Part shown: in pieces, positions 48,342 to 58,735 of the stretch
Layout: every line of letters starts with the position of its first letter
Numbering within the stretch: the first letter of the stretch is position 1
Assembly (NCBI GenBank): GCA_018402015.1
Contig: JAGYJL010000008.1
Span: 13,762-77,761, forward strand
Direction: 5' to 3'
Length of the DNA: 64,000 nt
From: Flavobacteriales bacterium
GTDB taxonomy: Bacteria > Bacteroidota > Bacteroidia > UBA10329
Position numbers and translations under genes: made by a program
The notes under the pieces: generated by a model
What the model saw: only the letters and a program-made list of their open reading frames with translations
What the model was told of the DNA's origin: nothing
Database searches by the model: none

Positions 48342-49728
48342 ACTGCTCATTAAAATTCACCAAGTACAATTTTTCTGATGCTCGGGTAATTGCGGTGTAA
48401 AGCCAACGGATGTAATCCGTGCCTAACATTTCAGCAGTCAAATAACCTTGGTCTACAAACACGGCAGGCCATTGTCCGCCTTGCGCTTTGTGGCATGTAA
48501 TGGCATATCCGAATTTAATCTGAAGCGCGTGCAAATACGGGTCTTCTGCAATCTTCTTTGCTTGCTCCGATGCGGTTGGTAAATGCGCATAGCCAGAAGC
48601 CACGGAGTTGTACAGTTGTTCGTAATCGGTATCTGGCAAAGCAGGAGCTTCTACGTGCAGCGTATTCAGCAAGAGTTTTACATCTAACGAATCTTCGTTC
48701 GGGTAATCCATTAGGCGAATGGTTGCATTGGCAAAGCGAAAACCATGCATTTGCTCCAAACTTCCTAATCGCATGATTTCTACAAGGTCGCCATTGGCAA
48801 TAAACCCTGCGCCAGAACCTTTTGGCAACCAATAGTAATTGTTCTTCACGATCATCAACTTGTCGCCAGACGATATCTCGTCCTCCATGTATTTTATTCG
48901 GAGACGGATCTGTTGGTTGAACTGATTGGCAGATTTATTGGAACGAGTAATCACCATTGCACCATCTTCGCTAAAGGTGCTGTATGCCTGATTCAGTTCG
49001 TCTTCCAAGTCAAGCATATCGATGACTCTTATATCGGGAAAATCAACCTGAATCTTAAAATCCGATTCGCCAGCTTGTAACAGGTTTCTTAAAGCTGTAG
49101 CGTTATAGAGAATTCCTGAATCAGAATCTTGTCGAACAACCTCTTGCAGTTCATGCTGCATTTCGGTCTCAAAATCGAAATTCGATTTTAAGACTTTTCC
49201 GTCTAAGGCTGGACTATCAACCGATCCCACTGGAGGTAGCTGTGCAGTATCACCGATCAGTATGAGTTTACAATCCTTACCGTCTTCCAAGAATTGCATG
49301 AGGTCAGAAAGTAGATTCTTAGATTGAATGCGTCCCGTTCCAGCATCTCGAGACAGTGATATCATGGAGGCTTCATCTACAATTATTACCGCATTTTTCC
49401 CGCGATTATGTCTTAAAGCGAAACGGATGTTGCCAAATTCATCTGTGGTGATCTGATATATGAACTTATGGATGGTGAACGCCCGTTGATTGGTGTAAGT
49501 GGCCAAAACCTTGGCAGCCCTACCCGTAGGAGCCAATAGCGCGTACTTGCGATTCATGGCTTTGAGTGTTTTTACTACACTCACTACCATGGATGTTTTT
49601 CCAGTACCGGCATATCCGCGAAGCAGAAACACTTTGCCTACGTGCTTCTCGGTCAGGAAATCAGAGAGCAGGTAAATAAAACCTTTCTGTCCCTTGGTGG
49701 GGCTGAATGGTAATCCGGCCGTAAGCAT
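48328..49728 (-). CDS. RecD/Pif1-like superfamily-1 DNA helicase
   Basis: Walker A GYAGTGKTS, Walker B IIVDEASM, LILIGDTAQLPPV, and C-terminal motif ITCHKAQGGQW. I preferred the ATG at 49728 (466 aa). The ORF is open to a TTG at 49869, only 23 nt from the divergent neighbouring gene. Confidence 0.85.
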   Translation of the reverse strand: MLTAGLPFSPTKGQKGFIYLLSDFLTEKHVGKVFLLRGYAGTGKTSMVVSVVKTLKAMNRKYALLAPTGRAAKVLATYTNQRAFTIHKFIYQITTDEFGNIRFALRHNRGKNAVIIVDEASMISLSRDAGTGRIQSKNLLSDLMQFLEDGKDCKLILIGDTAQLPPVGSVDSPALDGKVLKSNFDFETEMQHELQEVVRQDSDSGILYNATALRNLLQAGESDFKIQVDFPDIRVIDMLDLEDELNQAYSTFSEDGAMVITRSNKSANQFNQQIRLRIKYMEDEISSGDKLMIVKNNYYWLPKGSGAGFIANGDLVEIMRLGSLEQMHGFRFANATIRLMDYPNEDSLDVKLLLNTLHVEAPALPDTDYEQLYNSVASGYAHLPTASEQAKKIAEDPYLHALQIKFGYAITCHKAQGGQWPAVFVDQGYLTAEMLGTDYIRWLYTAITRASEKLYLVNFNEQFIEQ

Positions 49729-49892
49729 GTCGTACGCAGTTTTTGCGGTTTCCAAGAGGATGGATTTTCGTTTGGGATGAAGTAACGAAAAATGCAGCTT
49801 TCGAGTACAGATATGTCGTTTGTCGATAAATGCAACCTCGGTTAACACTGTCGCGTTAAAACACACCAAACACCAGGAAACCTAATTGAATT

Positions 49893-51850
49893 ATGAAACA
49901 TATTTTATCATCTGCGGCACTACTTCTGATTGGCTTCTGTTCAAGTGCGCAGAATGTCGGAATTGGAACTACTTCCTTCACTCCCAATGGTGATGCGTTA
50001 TTGGAACTGCGTTCTACCAGCTCGGGTTTTCTTTTGCCGAAAATGACAGAGGCTCAGAAGAATGCTATTTCTGGACCTACAGAAGGTTTGATCGTTTACC
50101 AGACCAACGCAACAAAGGGGTTCAAGTATTTTAACGGATCGGTATGGACTGAATTCGGTGGGGGCGCTGACAATTTCGGTAGCCACGAGGCCGAGATGAA
50201 TATTTCACTTGATGACCATTGGTTAAGTAATGATGGCGGTAATGAAGGAATACGGATTGCCGATAATGGTAATGTTGGTATTGGTACAGCCAGTCCAACT
50301 GGCTCGTTACAAATTGAAGTTAGCCAATCTAGTGGTTTAAGTGTACCGCTGATCATAAGAAATAGAGGTGCGCTGAATAATAATGGAACAGGTTCTGGCA
50401 TTGGTTTCAACAATCATAACGCGGGATCGGCTCCCAAAACGATAATTTACAACGAAAGGGCAACCGATTATGGTTTAGGCAAGCTTCATTTCTTGATGAA
50501 TAACACCGGAGATTTGAGTGCAGCAACTCTCTCCGATTCAAGAATGACCATTCAGTCCAACGGCAATGTTGGAATAAGGGACAACCTCTCCTACCAAGCA
50601 GCTTCAAGTTGTCCAGTTCAGCGTCAAATGCAAACGTTGTGAGGCTACACAGCTACCAGAATAACGGTTGGAGTAGTATGGATTTTTGAATCAATCTGAA
50701 CGCTTTCGGCTACATTCGGATTTGCAAACGCAGGAACATCTGGGATTTTTACAAGTAGAGCGTACATGAATAGTTACAAAGCAATGATTTTGTTCTTACA
50801 CGTAACAGTTCGGAGGCCAACATTTTTATCAGTGGCTCTAACGGAAATGTTGGCATTGGTACAGCCACTCCTGCCGCAAAGTTTCATACAAAGGGGACCG
50901 TTAGATTGGAAACGCTATCTGGTAGCAGCACTAGAATGGTTGTTGCTGATAATCTAGGAAATGTTTCAACTCAATCATTGCCTGAGCCTAGTCCATGGAC
51001 AGTTGTTGGTGCAGATGTGGTCAGGACTTCAGGGCAAGTTGGAATTGGAACTTCAACACCCCTGACCAATTTAGATATGTATGGAAATGGAACGAGTGGC
51101 TTTGTACTTGGCGGAACAACCATGGTGCCTAATCCAGCTGAAGGGCCGGAGATTGGTTTTGGTAGAGGTGGTTTCTCGAATCCAGGTGCCAGTATTCAAA
51201 TGATTGATTACGATGGTTACTCTGCAGGATTGGCTTTTATCGTAAAACGTGGAGTTGCTAATGGTGCAGGAGGCGTGTTCGCAAATAACTTTCCAAACGA
51301 TGCTATTCAAGCATTGACGATTATCAACACTGGAAATATAGGAGTTGGTACGAGTAACCCAGTAGCTAAGCTCCACGTTAGTGGCGATGCAAGAATTTCT
51401 GACCTTGCCGGTAGCGGAACAAGGATGGTTGTGGCAAATGCGAATGGAGACCTTTCTACTCAGGCAATTCCAAGTGGTGGAGGCGGCTCGTCATCGGCTT
51501 ATGGTGTAAACGGAACGGGCTCACAAAGCACAAGTTCTTCTTCATACTCAAACATCTCAGATATGTCCTTAAATCTCGATGCAGGAACCTATATTCTTCA
51601 TTTTAACACAGTTGTCAATGCAAGCAATTCTAGTTCTATGGGTGAATTCGGTTTTAGAGTAAATGGTTCTGTCGTTTCAGCCTCTGAGCGAGACATTGAG
51701 CCAGACAATAATGAGCCAAAATCGTTAACTGTTACTTGTGTGGTTACGGTTAGCTCCACAAGCACGGTTTATGCTCAATTCAGAAAAAGTTCAGGTAGCG
51801 GTTCTATAACTGTTGGTAACAGATGCTTTACTGCTATAAAGATTAGCTGA
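49893..51850 (+). pseudogene. Secreted repeat protein (NVGIGT-motif 'fibre-like' surface protein), frame disrupted between ~50580 and 50775
   Basis: The N-fragment 49893-50642 has a signal peptide (MKHILSSAALLLIGFCSSAQ). The C-fragment frame is open from 50774 to 51850. The motif [NQ][VI]G[IV]GT recurs at least 6 times (QNVGIGTTS, GNVGIGTAS, GNVGIGTAT, GQVGIGTST, GNIGVGTSN). The paired block SGS/GTRMVVA[DN]..G[ND][VL]STQ occurs twice. The linking 130 nt is readable only in other frames. Confidence 0.7.
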
Positions 51851-51871
51851 GCATTCTTACCGAAACTATTG

Positions 51872-51898
51872 AAAGGGAGGCTTTGCTTCCCTTTTTGT
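51872..51898 (+). terminator. Terminator after the fibre-like gene
   Basis: aagggagg (51873-80) / cttccctt (51886-93, with one G-U pair), followed by a T-run. Confidence 0.6.
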
Positions 51899-51914
51899 TA
51901 TTAATTTGAGCGGT

Positions 51915-52151
51915 ATGTGGATAGAAAAAGACAACAAGCTAATCGGAACCTTCGAGTTCACCGACTTCGTTGAGGCGTTCGCCTTTATGACCCAAGTAGC
52001 GCTGGTGGCCGAAAAAATGAATCATCATCCCAATTGGACAAACGTTTATAATAGGTTGGAAATTCGATTGTCAACCCATGATGCTGGAGATGTGGTTACC
52101 ACAAAGGATCGCGAATTGGCATCGATCATTGAAAGCATTTATCACAGATGA
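51915..52151 (+). CDS. Pterin-4-alpha-carbinolamine dehydratase
   Basis: [56 protein letters not shown] is the typical PCD/DCoH pattern. The ORF track starts at a TTG at 51906. Confidence 0.88.
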   Translation: MWIEKDNKLIGTFEFTDFVEAFAFMTQVALVAEKMNHHPNWTNVYNRLEIRLSTHDAGDVVTTKDRELASIIESIYHR

Positions 52152-52576
52152 ATTTCGATTGGGGTATCATATTTAAGATTGCCAACATCTCTGTCATTCC
52201 TGCTTGGCTACTACTGATTATCATTCCACGCAGCCCAATTACGAGGCAGGTTGTGCATTCCTACCTTTACCCTGCGCTTCTAGGCGTTTTCTATCTGCTT
52301 TTGTTGGTTATTTCGTGGGGAGGTGAAGGAGGAATGGACACGCTGGAGAATTTAAAACTGTCCTTTCAACGAGACGAGGTTCTGGTGCTTGGTTGGGTTC
52401 ATTATCTGGTTTTTGACCTTTTCATTGGCGCATGGATAGCGAGAGACGCAGCTGCCAATGGCATAAAGCATCTAAGCATAATTCCATCTCTCGTACTTAC
52501 TCTCTTCGTTGGCCCTGTGGGATTGCTATCATACTTGATCCTGAGAACGATATTGCTCAGAAGATTGATGTTATGA
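52148..52576 (+). CDS. DUF4281 (ABA4-like) membrane protein
   Basis: 142 aa with 4 TM helices. [19 protein letters not shown] is the block typical of DUF4281. The start overlaps the previous stop (ATGA). Confidence 0.7.
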   Translation: MNFDWGIIFKIANISVIPAWLLLIIIPRSPITRQVVHSYLYPALLGVFYLLLLVISWGGEGGMDTLENLKLSFQRDEVLVLGWVHYLVFDLFIGAWIARDAAANGIKHLSIIPSLVLTLFVGPVGLLSYLILRTILLRRLML

Positions 52577-52645
52577 ACAGGTAAAACTGTTAGTAAGCGT
52601 GTCGTTTTGTTAAAAACATGCTATCTGAACGCCTAAGAGATAGGC

Positions 52646-52653
52646 TAACTTTG
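52646..52653 (+). promoter_or_regulatory. Candidate -7 promoter box TAacTTTG upstream of parA
   Basis: taactttg matches the Bacteroidetes TAnnTTTG consensus, 23 nt upstream of the parA ATG. No good -33 TTTG at the expected spacing. Confidence 0.3.
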
Positions 52654-52675
52654 TGTTCAGAAAAACGAGGATAAG

Positions 52676-53476
52676 ATGAGCAAGATCATAGCTATTGCAA
52701 ACCAAAAAGGAGGTGTTGGCAAAACCACTACGGCAATCAATCTGGCCGCAAGTTTGGCAGTGTTGGAGTACAAGGTTCTTTTAGTCGATGCAGACCCTCA
52801 GGCCAATTCAACATCTGGCGTTGGATTCGACCCACGAAATATTAAAACCAGCGTATACGAATGCATCATTGGTGAAGCTGAACCACAGGACATCATTCTA
52901 CACACCGAAACGCCTAATCTGGACATATTGCCTGCGCACATTGATCTTGTTGGGGCAGAGATAGAAATGATCAATCTCCCTAGCAGAGAGATGATGGTGA
53001 AGTTGGTGCTGAATAAGATCAAGAACGATTATGATTTCATTGTGATCGATTGTTCTCCATCATTGGGACTTATAACCGTTAACTGCCTTACTGCAGCCGA
53101 TAGCGTTCTAATACCAATACAATGCGAATATTTTGCTCTGGAAGGACTTGGGAAATTGTTGAACACGATCAAAATCGTTCAAGCTCGTCTTAATCCGGAT
53201 CTAGAAATGGAAGGCCTTCTATTGACCATGTACGATCAACGGTTACGCTTGGCAAATCAAGTGGTAGAGGAGGTCAAGATGCACTTTCAGCAACTTGTTT
53301 TCGACACTATTATTACAAGAAATACCAAGTTAGGCGAAGCTCCAAGTCATGGTAAAACAATAATCATGCATGATGCTGCGTCTAAAGGCGCAAACAATTA
53401 CCTCAATCTTGCGCGAGAGATCTTACAGAAGAACGGCATGACTCGATTGAAAGAAAGTGAGAAAATTCTGAACTGA
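52676..53476 (+). CDS. parA: Chromosome partitioning ATPase ParA/Soj
   Basis: 266 aa. Deviant Walker A NQKGGVGKTTTAINLAA, and DCSPSLG. Confidence 0.95.
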   Translation: MSKIIAIANQKGGVGKTTTAINLAASLAVLEYKVLLVDADPQANSTSGVGFDPRNIKTSVYECIIGEAEPQDIILHTETPNLDILPAHIDLVGAEIEMINLPSREMMVKLVLNKIKNDYDFIVIDCSPSLGLITVNCLTAADSVLIPIQCEYFALEGLGKLLNTIKIVQARLNPDLEMEGLLLTMYDQRLRLANQVVEEVKMHFQQLVFDTIITRNTKLGEAPSHGKTIIMHDAASKGANNYLNLAREILQKNGMTRLKESEKILN

Positions 53477-54357
53477 TGGCGAAGAAAAGTGCCTTAGGAA
53501 GAGGTTTAGGAGCGTTGCTCGATAATTCGGGTGCTGATGTCGTATCCCGACCAGAATTGCAGCGCGAAACACTGACCGGTTCGATCAGTGATATTGCAAT
53601 AAGCGAGATTGAAGCGAATCCGTTTCAACCCAGATCACGATTCGATCAAGAGAAATTGGATGAACTTGCAGCTTCCATTTCTCAACTCGGTATCATTCAG
53701 CCGCTTACGGTTAGAAAGGTCAGACCGAACAGGTATCAGTTGATTTCTGGAGAGCGAAGATTCCGCGCATCGCAACTGGCTGGTTTAGAACGTGTGCCAG
53801 CTTATATCCGAGTTGCCAACGATCAGGATATGTTGGAAATGGCACTGGTGGAAAACATTCAGCGCGATGACCTTGATGCAATAGAAGTAGCCATTTCGTA
53901 CCAACGGCTTATTGACGAGTGTAAACTCACGCAAGAAGCACTTGGAGAACGTGTAGGCAAGAATAGATCTACGGTCACCAATTACCTGAGACTACTCAAG
54001 TTGCCTCCGCAGATTCAGAAAGCCATCATGGATCGTGTACTTACTATGGGGCATGCAAGAGCAATCATCAATATAGATGATGAAGCCCAGCAGTTAGAAC
54101 TCTTTAAACAGATACTGAAAGACGGTCTTTCCGTTCGAGCAACAGAGCAAGCGTCAAAAACTGCCAAGCAAGGCAAAACGGCTCCGAAAAAGGAATTGCC
54201 GCTTGAATATCAACGAATTGAGCAGAATATCAAACAACAGCTGGATGCTGAGGTAGGCCTGAAAGTGAATGCCAAGGGGAAAGGCAGTATTTCCATTGCT
54301 TTCGACAATGAAAAGGAACTTAAACGCGTTCTTTCCATTCTCGATCTTTGGCCATAA
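53476..54357 (+). CDS. parB: Chromosome partitioning protein ParB/Spo0J
   Basis: 293 aa. ParB box LISGERRFRAS, VENIQRDDL, and HTH LTQEALGERVGKNRSTVTNYLRLLKL. The start overlaps the parA stop (TGATG). Confidence 0.95.
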   Translation: MAKKSALGRGLGALLDNSGADVVSRPELQRETLTGSISDIAISEIEANPFQPRSRFDQEKLDELAASISQLGIIQPLTVRKVRPNRYQLISGERRFRASQLAGLERVPAYIRVANDQDMLEMALVENIQRDDLDAIEVAISYQRLIDECKLTQEALGERVGKNRSTVTNYLRLLKLPPQIQKAIMDRVLTMGHARAIINIDDEAQQLELFKQILKDGLSVRATEQASKTAKQGKTAPKKELPLEYQRIEQNIKQQLDAEVGLKVNAKGKGSISIAFDNEKELKRVLSILDLWP

Positions 54358-54367
54358 AAGCTCTTCA

Positions 54368-54943
54368 TTGAATAGGAAGTTCTATTATTTCATTTTCTTA
54401 CTGCTTTTAGTGGTGCAGGTTTCTTTTGCACAAAAGAAAAAACAGACCACGAAAGAAGTATCCGATACTACCGTTGTTCTGGATAAAAAACACTCTCCTC
54501 TGAAAGCCACCATTATGAGTGCTGCTTTACCTGGATTGGGTCAGATCTATAACGGAAAATGGTGGAAGGTTCCCATCATTTACGGAGGGTTTGGCGGACT
54601 CATTTACAGTTCCGTGTTTAACGATCTCAAGTGCCAAACCTATCGAGATGCCTATCTGTTGCGGTTAGATGACGACCCGACAACAGTGGATCAATTTGCC
54701 GGCAGATATTCAGATGCTAACCTCAGAGAACTTGTAGATTTTTACCAGCGTAATCGCGACCTCTCGTTGATATTTACGGGCGTGCTGTATGCGTTGAATA
54801 TCATCGATGCAGCGGTAGACGCGCACCTAAAGGATTTTGATGTGAGTGATGACCTGTCCATAAGCGTAAGACCTACGATGCAACCCATGGGTGCAACCTC
54901 AATGCCTGCACCAGCCCTTGCTCTTACCTTTCGCCTTAAATAA
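54368..54943 (+). CDS. DUF5683-domain protein
   Basis: The block SAALPGLGQIYNGKWWKVPIIYGGFG...NIIDAAVDAHL is typical of DUF5683, which lies downstream of parB in Bacteroidota. I preferred a TTG start at 54368, giving the signal MNRKFYYFIFLLLLVVQVSFAQ. The ORF is open to an ATG at 54269 inside parB. Confidence 0.75.
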   Translation: MNRKFYYFIFLLLLVVQVSFAQKKKQTTKEVSDTTVVLDKKHSPLKATIMSAALPGLGQIYNGKWWKVPIIYGGFGGLIYSSVFNDLKCQTYRDAYLLRLDDDPTTVDQFAGRYSDANLRELVDFYQRNRDLSLIFTGVLYALNIIDAAVDAHLKDFDVSDDLSISVRPTMQPMGATSMPAPALALTFRLK

Positions 54944-54979
54944 AAGGCTAATTTTGGCTCGCAACAGGACACTGTCAAC

Positions 54980-55720
54980 ATGAAAATCGCTCTTTCAGGG
55001 TACGGGAAAATGGGTAAGGAGATCGAGAAGATCGCCTTGGAACGCGGACATGAGATAGTCGCGAAATTCAACGACCCGGACGATTGGGTTGGCAAGGAGG
55101 AGGAATTGAAACGGGCCGATGTGGCCATAGAATTCTCCATGCCGCAAAGTGTGGTCAGTAATATTTTCAGATGTTTTGATGCCAACGTCCCGGTTGTTGT
55201 AGGAACTACCGGCTGGTTCGGTCAGTTAGATCATGTAAAGCAGGTCTGTTATGATCACAACCGGTGCATTCTTTATGCATCTAATTTCAGCATTGGTGTC
55301 AACCTGTTTTTCGAGGTTAATCAACTCTTGGCCAAGTTGATGAATGAGCATGAGCACTATTCGGTCAAATTGGATGAAACGCATCACACCGCAAAACTCG
55401 ATTCTCCAAGCGGAACGGCCATCAAATTGGCAAACGACATTATCGATAAGCTTGATAGTAAGGACGTTTGGGTGAATGATGCTGCAAAGAAGGATTACGA
55501 GTTGGAGATTCTCTCGCATCGAATTGAGAATGTACCAGGTACGCACGTAGTAACGTACGAATCGGATATTGATAAGATTGAATTGATACACACGGCAAAG
55601 AGCCGCGTAGGATTTGCCAAAGGCGCTGTAATTGCAGCCGAATGGCTAGCAGATAAAAAAGGTGTTTACACCATGAGCGACCTCTTAAAGGATGTTAAGT
55701 TCGAGGGATTCGCTAAATAA
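54980..55720 (+). CDS. dapB: 4-hydroxy-tetrahydrodipicolinate reductase
   Basis: 246 aa. N-terminal MKIALSGYGKMGKEIE and DapB signature ETHHTAKLDSPSGTA. Confidence 0.93.
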   Translation: MKIALSGYGKMGKEIEKIALERGHEIVAKFNDPDDWVGKEEELKRADVAIEFSMPQSVVSNIFRCFDANVPVVVGTTGWFGQLDHVKQVCYDHNRCILYASNFSIGVNLFFEVNQLLAKLMNEHEHYSVKLDETHHTAKLDSPSGTAIKLANDIIDKLDSKDVWVNDAAKKDYELEILSHRIENVPGTHVVTYESDIDKIELIHTAKSRVGFAKGAVIAAEWLADKKGVYTMSDLLKDVKFEGFAK

Positions 55721-55747
55721 ATCAGAAATAGATCGGTTACTTCGGGT

Positions 55748-56869
55748 ATGAATTGGAAATTTTGGAAGAAGAAAGAGCCTGCCAAAAAGAAAGGCTTTGT
55801 AAGAGAGTGGGTTGATGCCATTGTCTTTGCAGTAATTGCGGCAACAATAATCAGGTTGTTCTTTATAGAGGCATACACTATACCAACCTCATCTATGGAG
55901 AAATCACTTCTTATCGGTGATTTTCTGTTTGTGAGTAAAGTGAGTTATGGCCCTCGAATACCTAATACACCGTTGGCTTTTCCATTTGCACATCATACCA
56001 TTCCGGGTATAAACACCAAGGCTTATTTGGAGTGGATCAAATTGCCATATTACAGGTTGCCGGGCTTTAGCAAGATCGAGAATAACGATGTTGTGGTATT
56101 CAATTATCCGATGGAAGGATTCCGTCCGGTGGATAAACGTGAGAACTACATTAAGCGATGCGTGGCAATTCCTGGCGATGTTTTAGAGGTTAAAGAAGGT
56201 GTTCTTCATATCAATGGAGAGAAAGCCTATCAACCAGAAATGATGCAGCATTCGTATGCCGTTAAAACCAATGGCACAGGATTCAATCAGCGAGTATTGA
56301 GAAAGCTTGACATTACGGAAGGTGGACGTGTTTCCAATGCTGGAGATTTTACCCTCACTATGACAGATGAGGCAAGAAAAGAGATCTCTGAACTACAGAA
56401 CGTGGTAGAAGTTAAACCTTCCATTGCCGAAGCTGGAGCCTACGCAGAATACATCTTCCCAAATTCAGATCCCGAGTTGAAATCAACCGCCAAGAAGAAA
56501 TTCTTTTGGAACGTAGATAATTTCGGCCCGATCACCATTCCAAAAAAGGGGGAAACAGTGGAGCTCACAGTAGATAATCTACCGATTTACGAGCGTCTCA
56601 TCTCATTTTATGAGAATAATGATCTCAAGATTGAGGAGACCACCATTTATATTAATGGTGTAGAAGCCACTTCGTATACTTTCAAAATGGATTATTACTT
56701 CATGATGGGAGATAATAGACACAACTCTGCCGATAGCCGATTCTGGGGTTTCGTGCCTGAAGACCATATTGTAGGTAAGGCGGTTTTCATTTGGTTATCT
56801 ATTGATAAGGATGCCACCAAATTCCTAGAGCGTATACGCTGGAATCGCTTGTTCAGTTTAATAGACTGA
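55748..56869 (+). CDS. lepB: Signal peptidase I
   Basis: 373 aa. Catalytic Ser box IPTSSMEKSLLIGDFLFV, Lys box YIKRCVAIPGD, and GDNRHNSADSRFWGFVP. Confidence 0.92.
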   Translation: MNWKFWKKKEPAKKKGFVREWVDAIVFAVIAATIIRLFFIEAYTIPTSSMEKSLLIGDFLFVSKVSYGPRIPNTPLAFPFAHHTIPGINTKAYLEWIKLPYYRLPGFSKIENNDVVVFNYPMEGFRPVDKRENYIKRCVAIPGDVLEVKEGVLHINGEKAYQPEMMQHSYAVKTNGTGFNQRVLRKLDITEGGRVSNAGDFTLTMTDEARKEISELQNVVEVKPSIAEAGAYAEYIFPNSDPELKSTAKKKFFWNVDNFGPITIPKKGETVELTVDNLPIYERLISFYENNDLKIEETTIYINGVEATSYTFKMDYYFMMGDNRHNSADSRFWGFVPEDHIVGKAVFIWLSIDKDATKFLERIRWNRLFSLID

Positions 56870-57043
56870 TTGCTCAGAGTTTTAAAGGATAGATATTAAA
56901 TCGTTCCGTGCTCAACAGCAGTTCGCGAAACGTATTCAGAACCTTTGCGCAGAGTTGACGTTAGTTGAATTCACAAGTTTTGTGATTTCGAAACGCTGGT
57001 TTGGTACCATTTTGGCGACTTTAGCGGTTTATGAGTTGAATAG

Positions 57044-58708
57044 ATGAAGATGAAAAACAGAATTCTTTCCACTTTCTTACTGATCGGTTTTTGTGCTGCT
57101 CAATCGTTTGCGCAGAGAACCATCAAAGAAGAGTATAAACTAAAGTTTGATGATGTGCTCAATCTGATCGCTGATCAGTACGTAGAACATCCAGATTACG
57201 ATAAGTTGGTTGACGAAGCCATTATCGGCTTGGTTATGGAACTCGATCCGCATAGCGAGTACATGACGGCTGAAGAGTACAAGGCCATGAACGAGCCTTT
57301 AACAGGGAATTTTGAAGGCATCGGTGTGCAGTTCAACATCATTAAGGACACGATAGCGGTTGTTTCTCCCATTTCAGGCGGTCCATCGGAGCGCTTGGGA
57401 ATTCGGTCTGGAGATAAGATCGTTGTAATTGAAGATACGGTTGTGGCCGGTATCGGCATTACCAACCGCGATGTGATCTCTAAACTTAGGGGAGATAAAG
57501 GAACTAAGGTTCGGGTAAAGATCTATAGAAGAGGAGTAAAGGATCTTATTGATTATACCATTGAGCGGGATAAGATTCCGATCTTCAGTTTGGATGCCAG
57601 TTATATGCTAACGGAGAATATAGGCTATGTCAAACTCAATCGTTTCGCTCAGACCACAATGCAGGAATTCTACGAAGCATTGGATGAGTTGCAACCCCAA
57701 GGAATGGAGCATTTGGTTCTTGACCTACGCGGAAATTCTGGTGGCTATTTGAATACGGCCATTCAATTATCAGACGAATTTTTAGGAGACGATCAATTGG
57801 TAGTTTATACCGAAGGCGTATCGAACCCTAAACGCGATCATTTTGCCACCAAACAAGGCCGTTTTGAAAAAGGTAAGTTGGTTGTGTTGATTGATGAAGG
57901 CTCTGCTTCGGCCAGTGAGATTGTTTCTGGCGCTGTTCAAGATCACGATCGTGGATTGATTGTTGGAAGACGGTCTTTCGGCAAGGGTTTGGTTCAGCGT
58001 CCGTTTAAACTCCGCGATGGATCAACGCTTAAACTAACAACTGCCAGATACTACACACCTGCAGGCCGTTGTATTCAACGAACGTACGAAGGAGGTAACG
58101 ATGAATACCGAAAAGAGAATCAGCGAAGGAGAGATAACGGAGAATTCTTCAGTTTAGACAGTCTTGAGTTTGATGAGGAGCAGAAATACACTACGGATAA
58201 CAAGCGCGTGGTTTATGGTGGTGGAGGAATTCTTCCGGATATTTTCGTTCCCTTGGATACATCTGAGAACTCAGAGTTTTTACGTGAGCTTTTGAGCAAT
58301 GGATTGTTCTATCAGTACATCAACGAGTATGTGGATGCAAACCGAGATGAGTTGAATTCAAAGTATCCTAACTACGAAGCGTTTGAGAAAGGATTTGAAT
58401 TGGATGATGCTTTCGTGAACGAGTTCTTGGATTTCGCCCTGCACGAACTGCATCACGAAAAAAGCAATGAGGATGAGGAAGACGCTGATGCCGCTAAAAA
58501 ACAGGAAGAGTTCGAAAAAACGATGAAGGAAGGATTGGCAACATCGGGCAATATAATCAGAACTCGATTGAGAGCACTTTTAGCGCGTACCTTATGGCAA
58601 ACGGAAGCATTCTACAGGGTTTTCAACGCAAACGATGATGCGGTTGCGAAAGCAATTGAAGCAATTGAAGACAAGACCTTCAAGAAATTAAAGCTTTCCT
58701 ACAATTAA
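57044..58708 (+). CDS. ctp: S41 carboxy-terminal processing peptidase
   Basis: 554 aa. Signal peptide, PDZ (FEGIGVQFN...GDKIVVIED), LDLRGNSGGYL, catalytic Ser DEGSASASEI and Lys GKGLVQ. Confidence 0.9.
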   Translation: MKMKNRILSTFLLIGFCAAQSFAQRTIKEEYKLKFDDVLNLIADQYVEHPDYDKLVDEAIIGLVMELDPHSEYMTAEEYKAMNEPLTGNFEGIGVQFNIIKDTIAVVSPISGGPSERLGIRSGDKIVVIEDTVVAGIGITNRDVISKLRGDKGTKVRVKIYRRGVKDLIDYTIERDKIPIFSLDASYMLTENIGYVKLNRFAQTTMQEFYEALDELQPQGMEHLVLDLRGNSGGYLNTAIQLSDEFLGDDQLVVYTEGVSNPKRDHFATKQGRFEKGKLVVLIDEGSASASEIVSGAVQDHDRGLIVGRRSFGKGLVQRPFKLRDGSTLKLTTARYYTPAGRCIQRTYEGGNDEYRKENQRRRDNGEFFSLDSLEFDEEQKYTTDNKRVVYGGGGILPDIFVPLDTSENSEFLRELLSNGLFYQYINEYVDANRDELNSKYPNYEAFEKGFELDDAFVNEFLDFALHELHHEKSNEDEEDADAAKKQEEFEKTMKEGLATSGNIIRTRLRALLARTLWQTEAFYRVFNANDDAVAKAIEAIEDKTFKKLKLSYN

Positions 58709-58711
58709 TAG

Positions 58712-58735
58712 AAAAGGCCCGAAAGGGCCTTTTTT
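58712..58735. terminator. Bidirectional terminator between ctp and the first acylase gene
   Basis: aaaaggccc-gaaa-gggcctttt is a perfect hairpin with an A-run and a T-run. The T-run overlaps the stop of the convergent gene. Confidence 0.85.
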
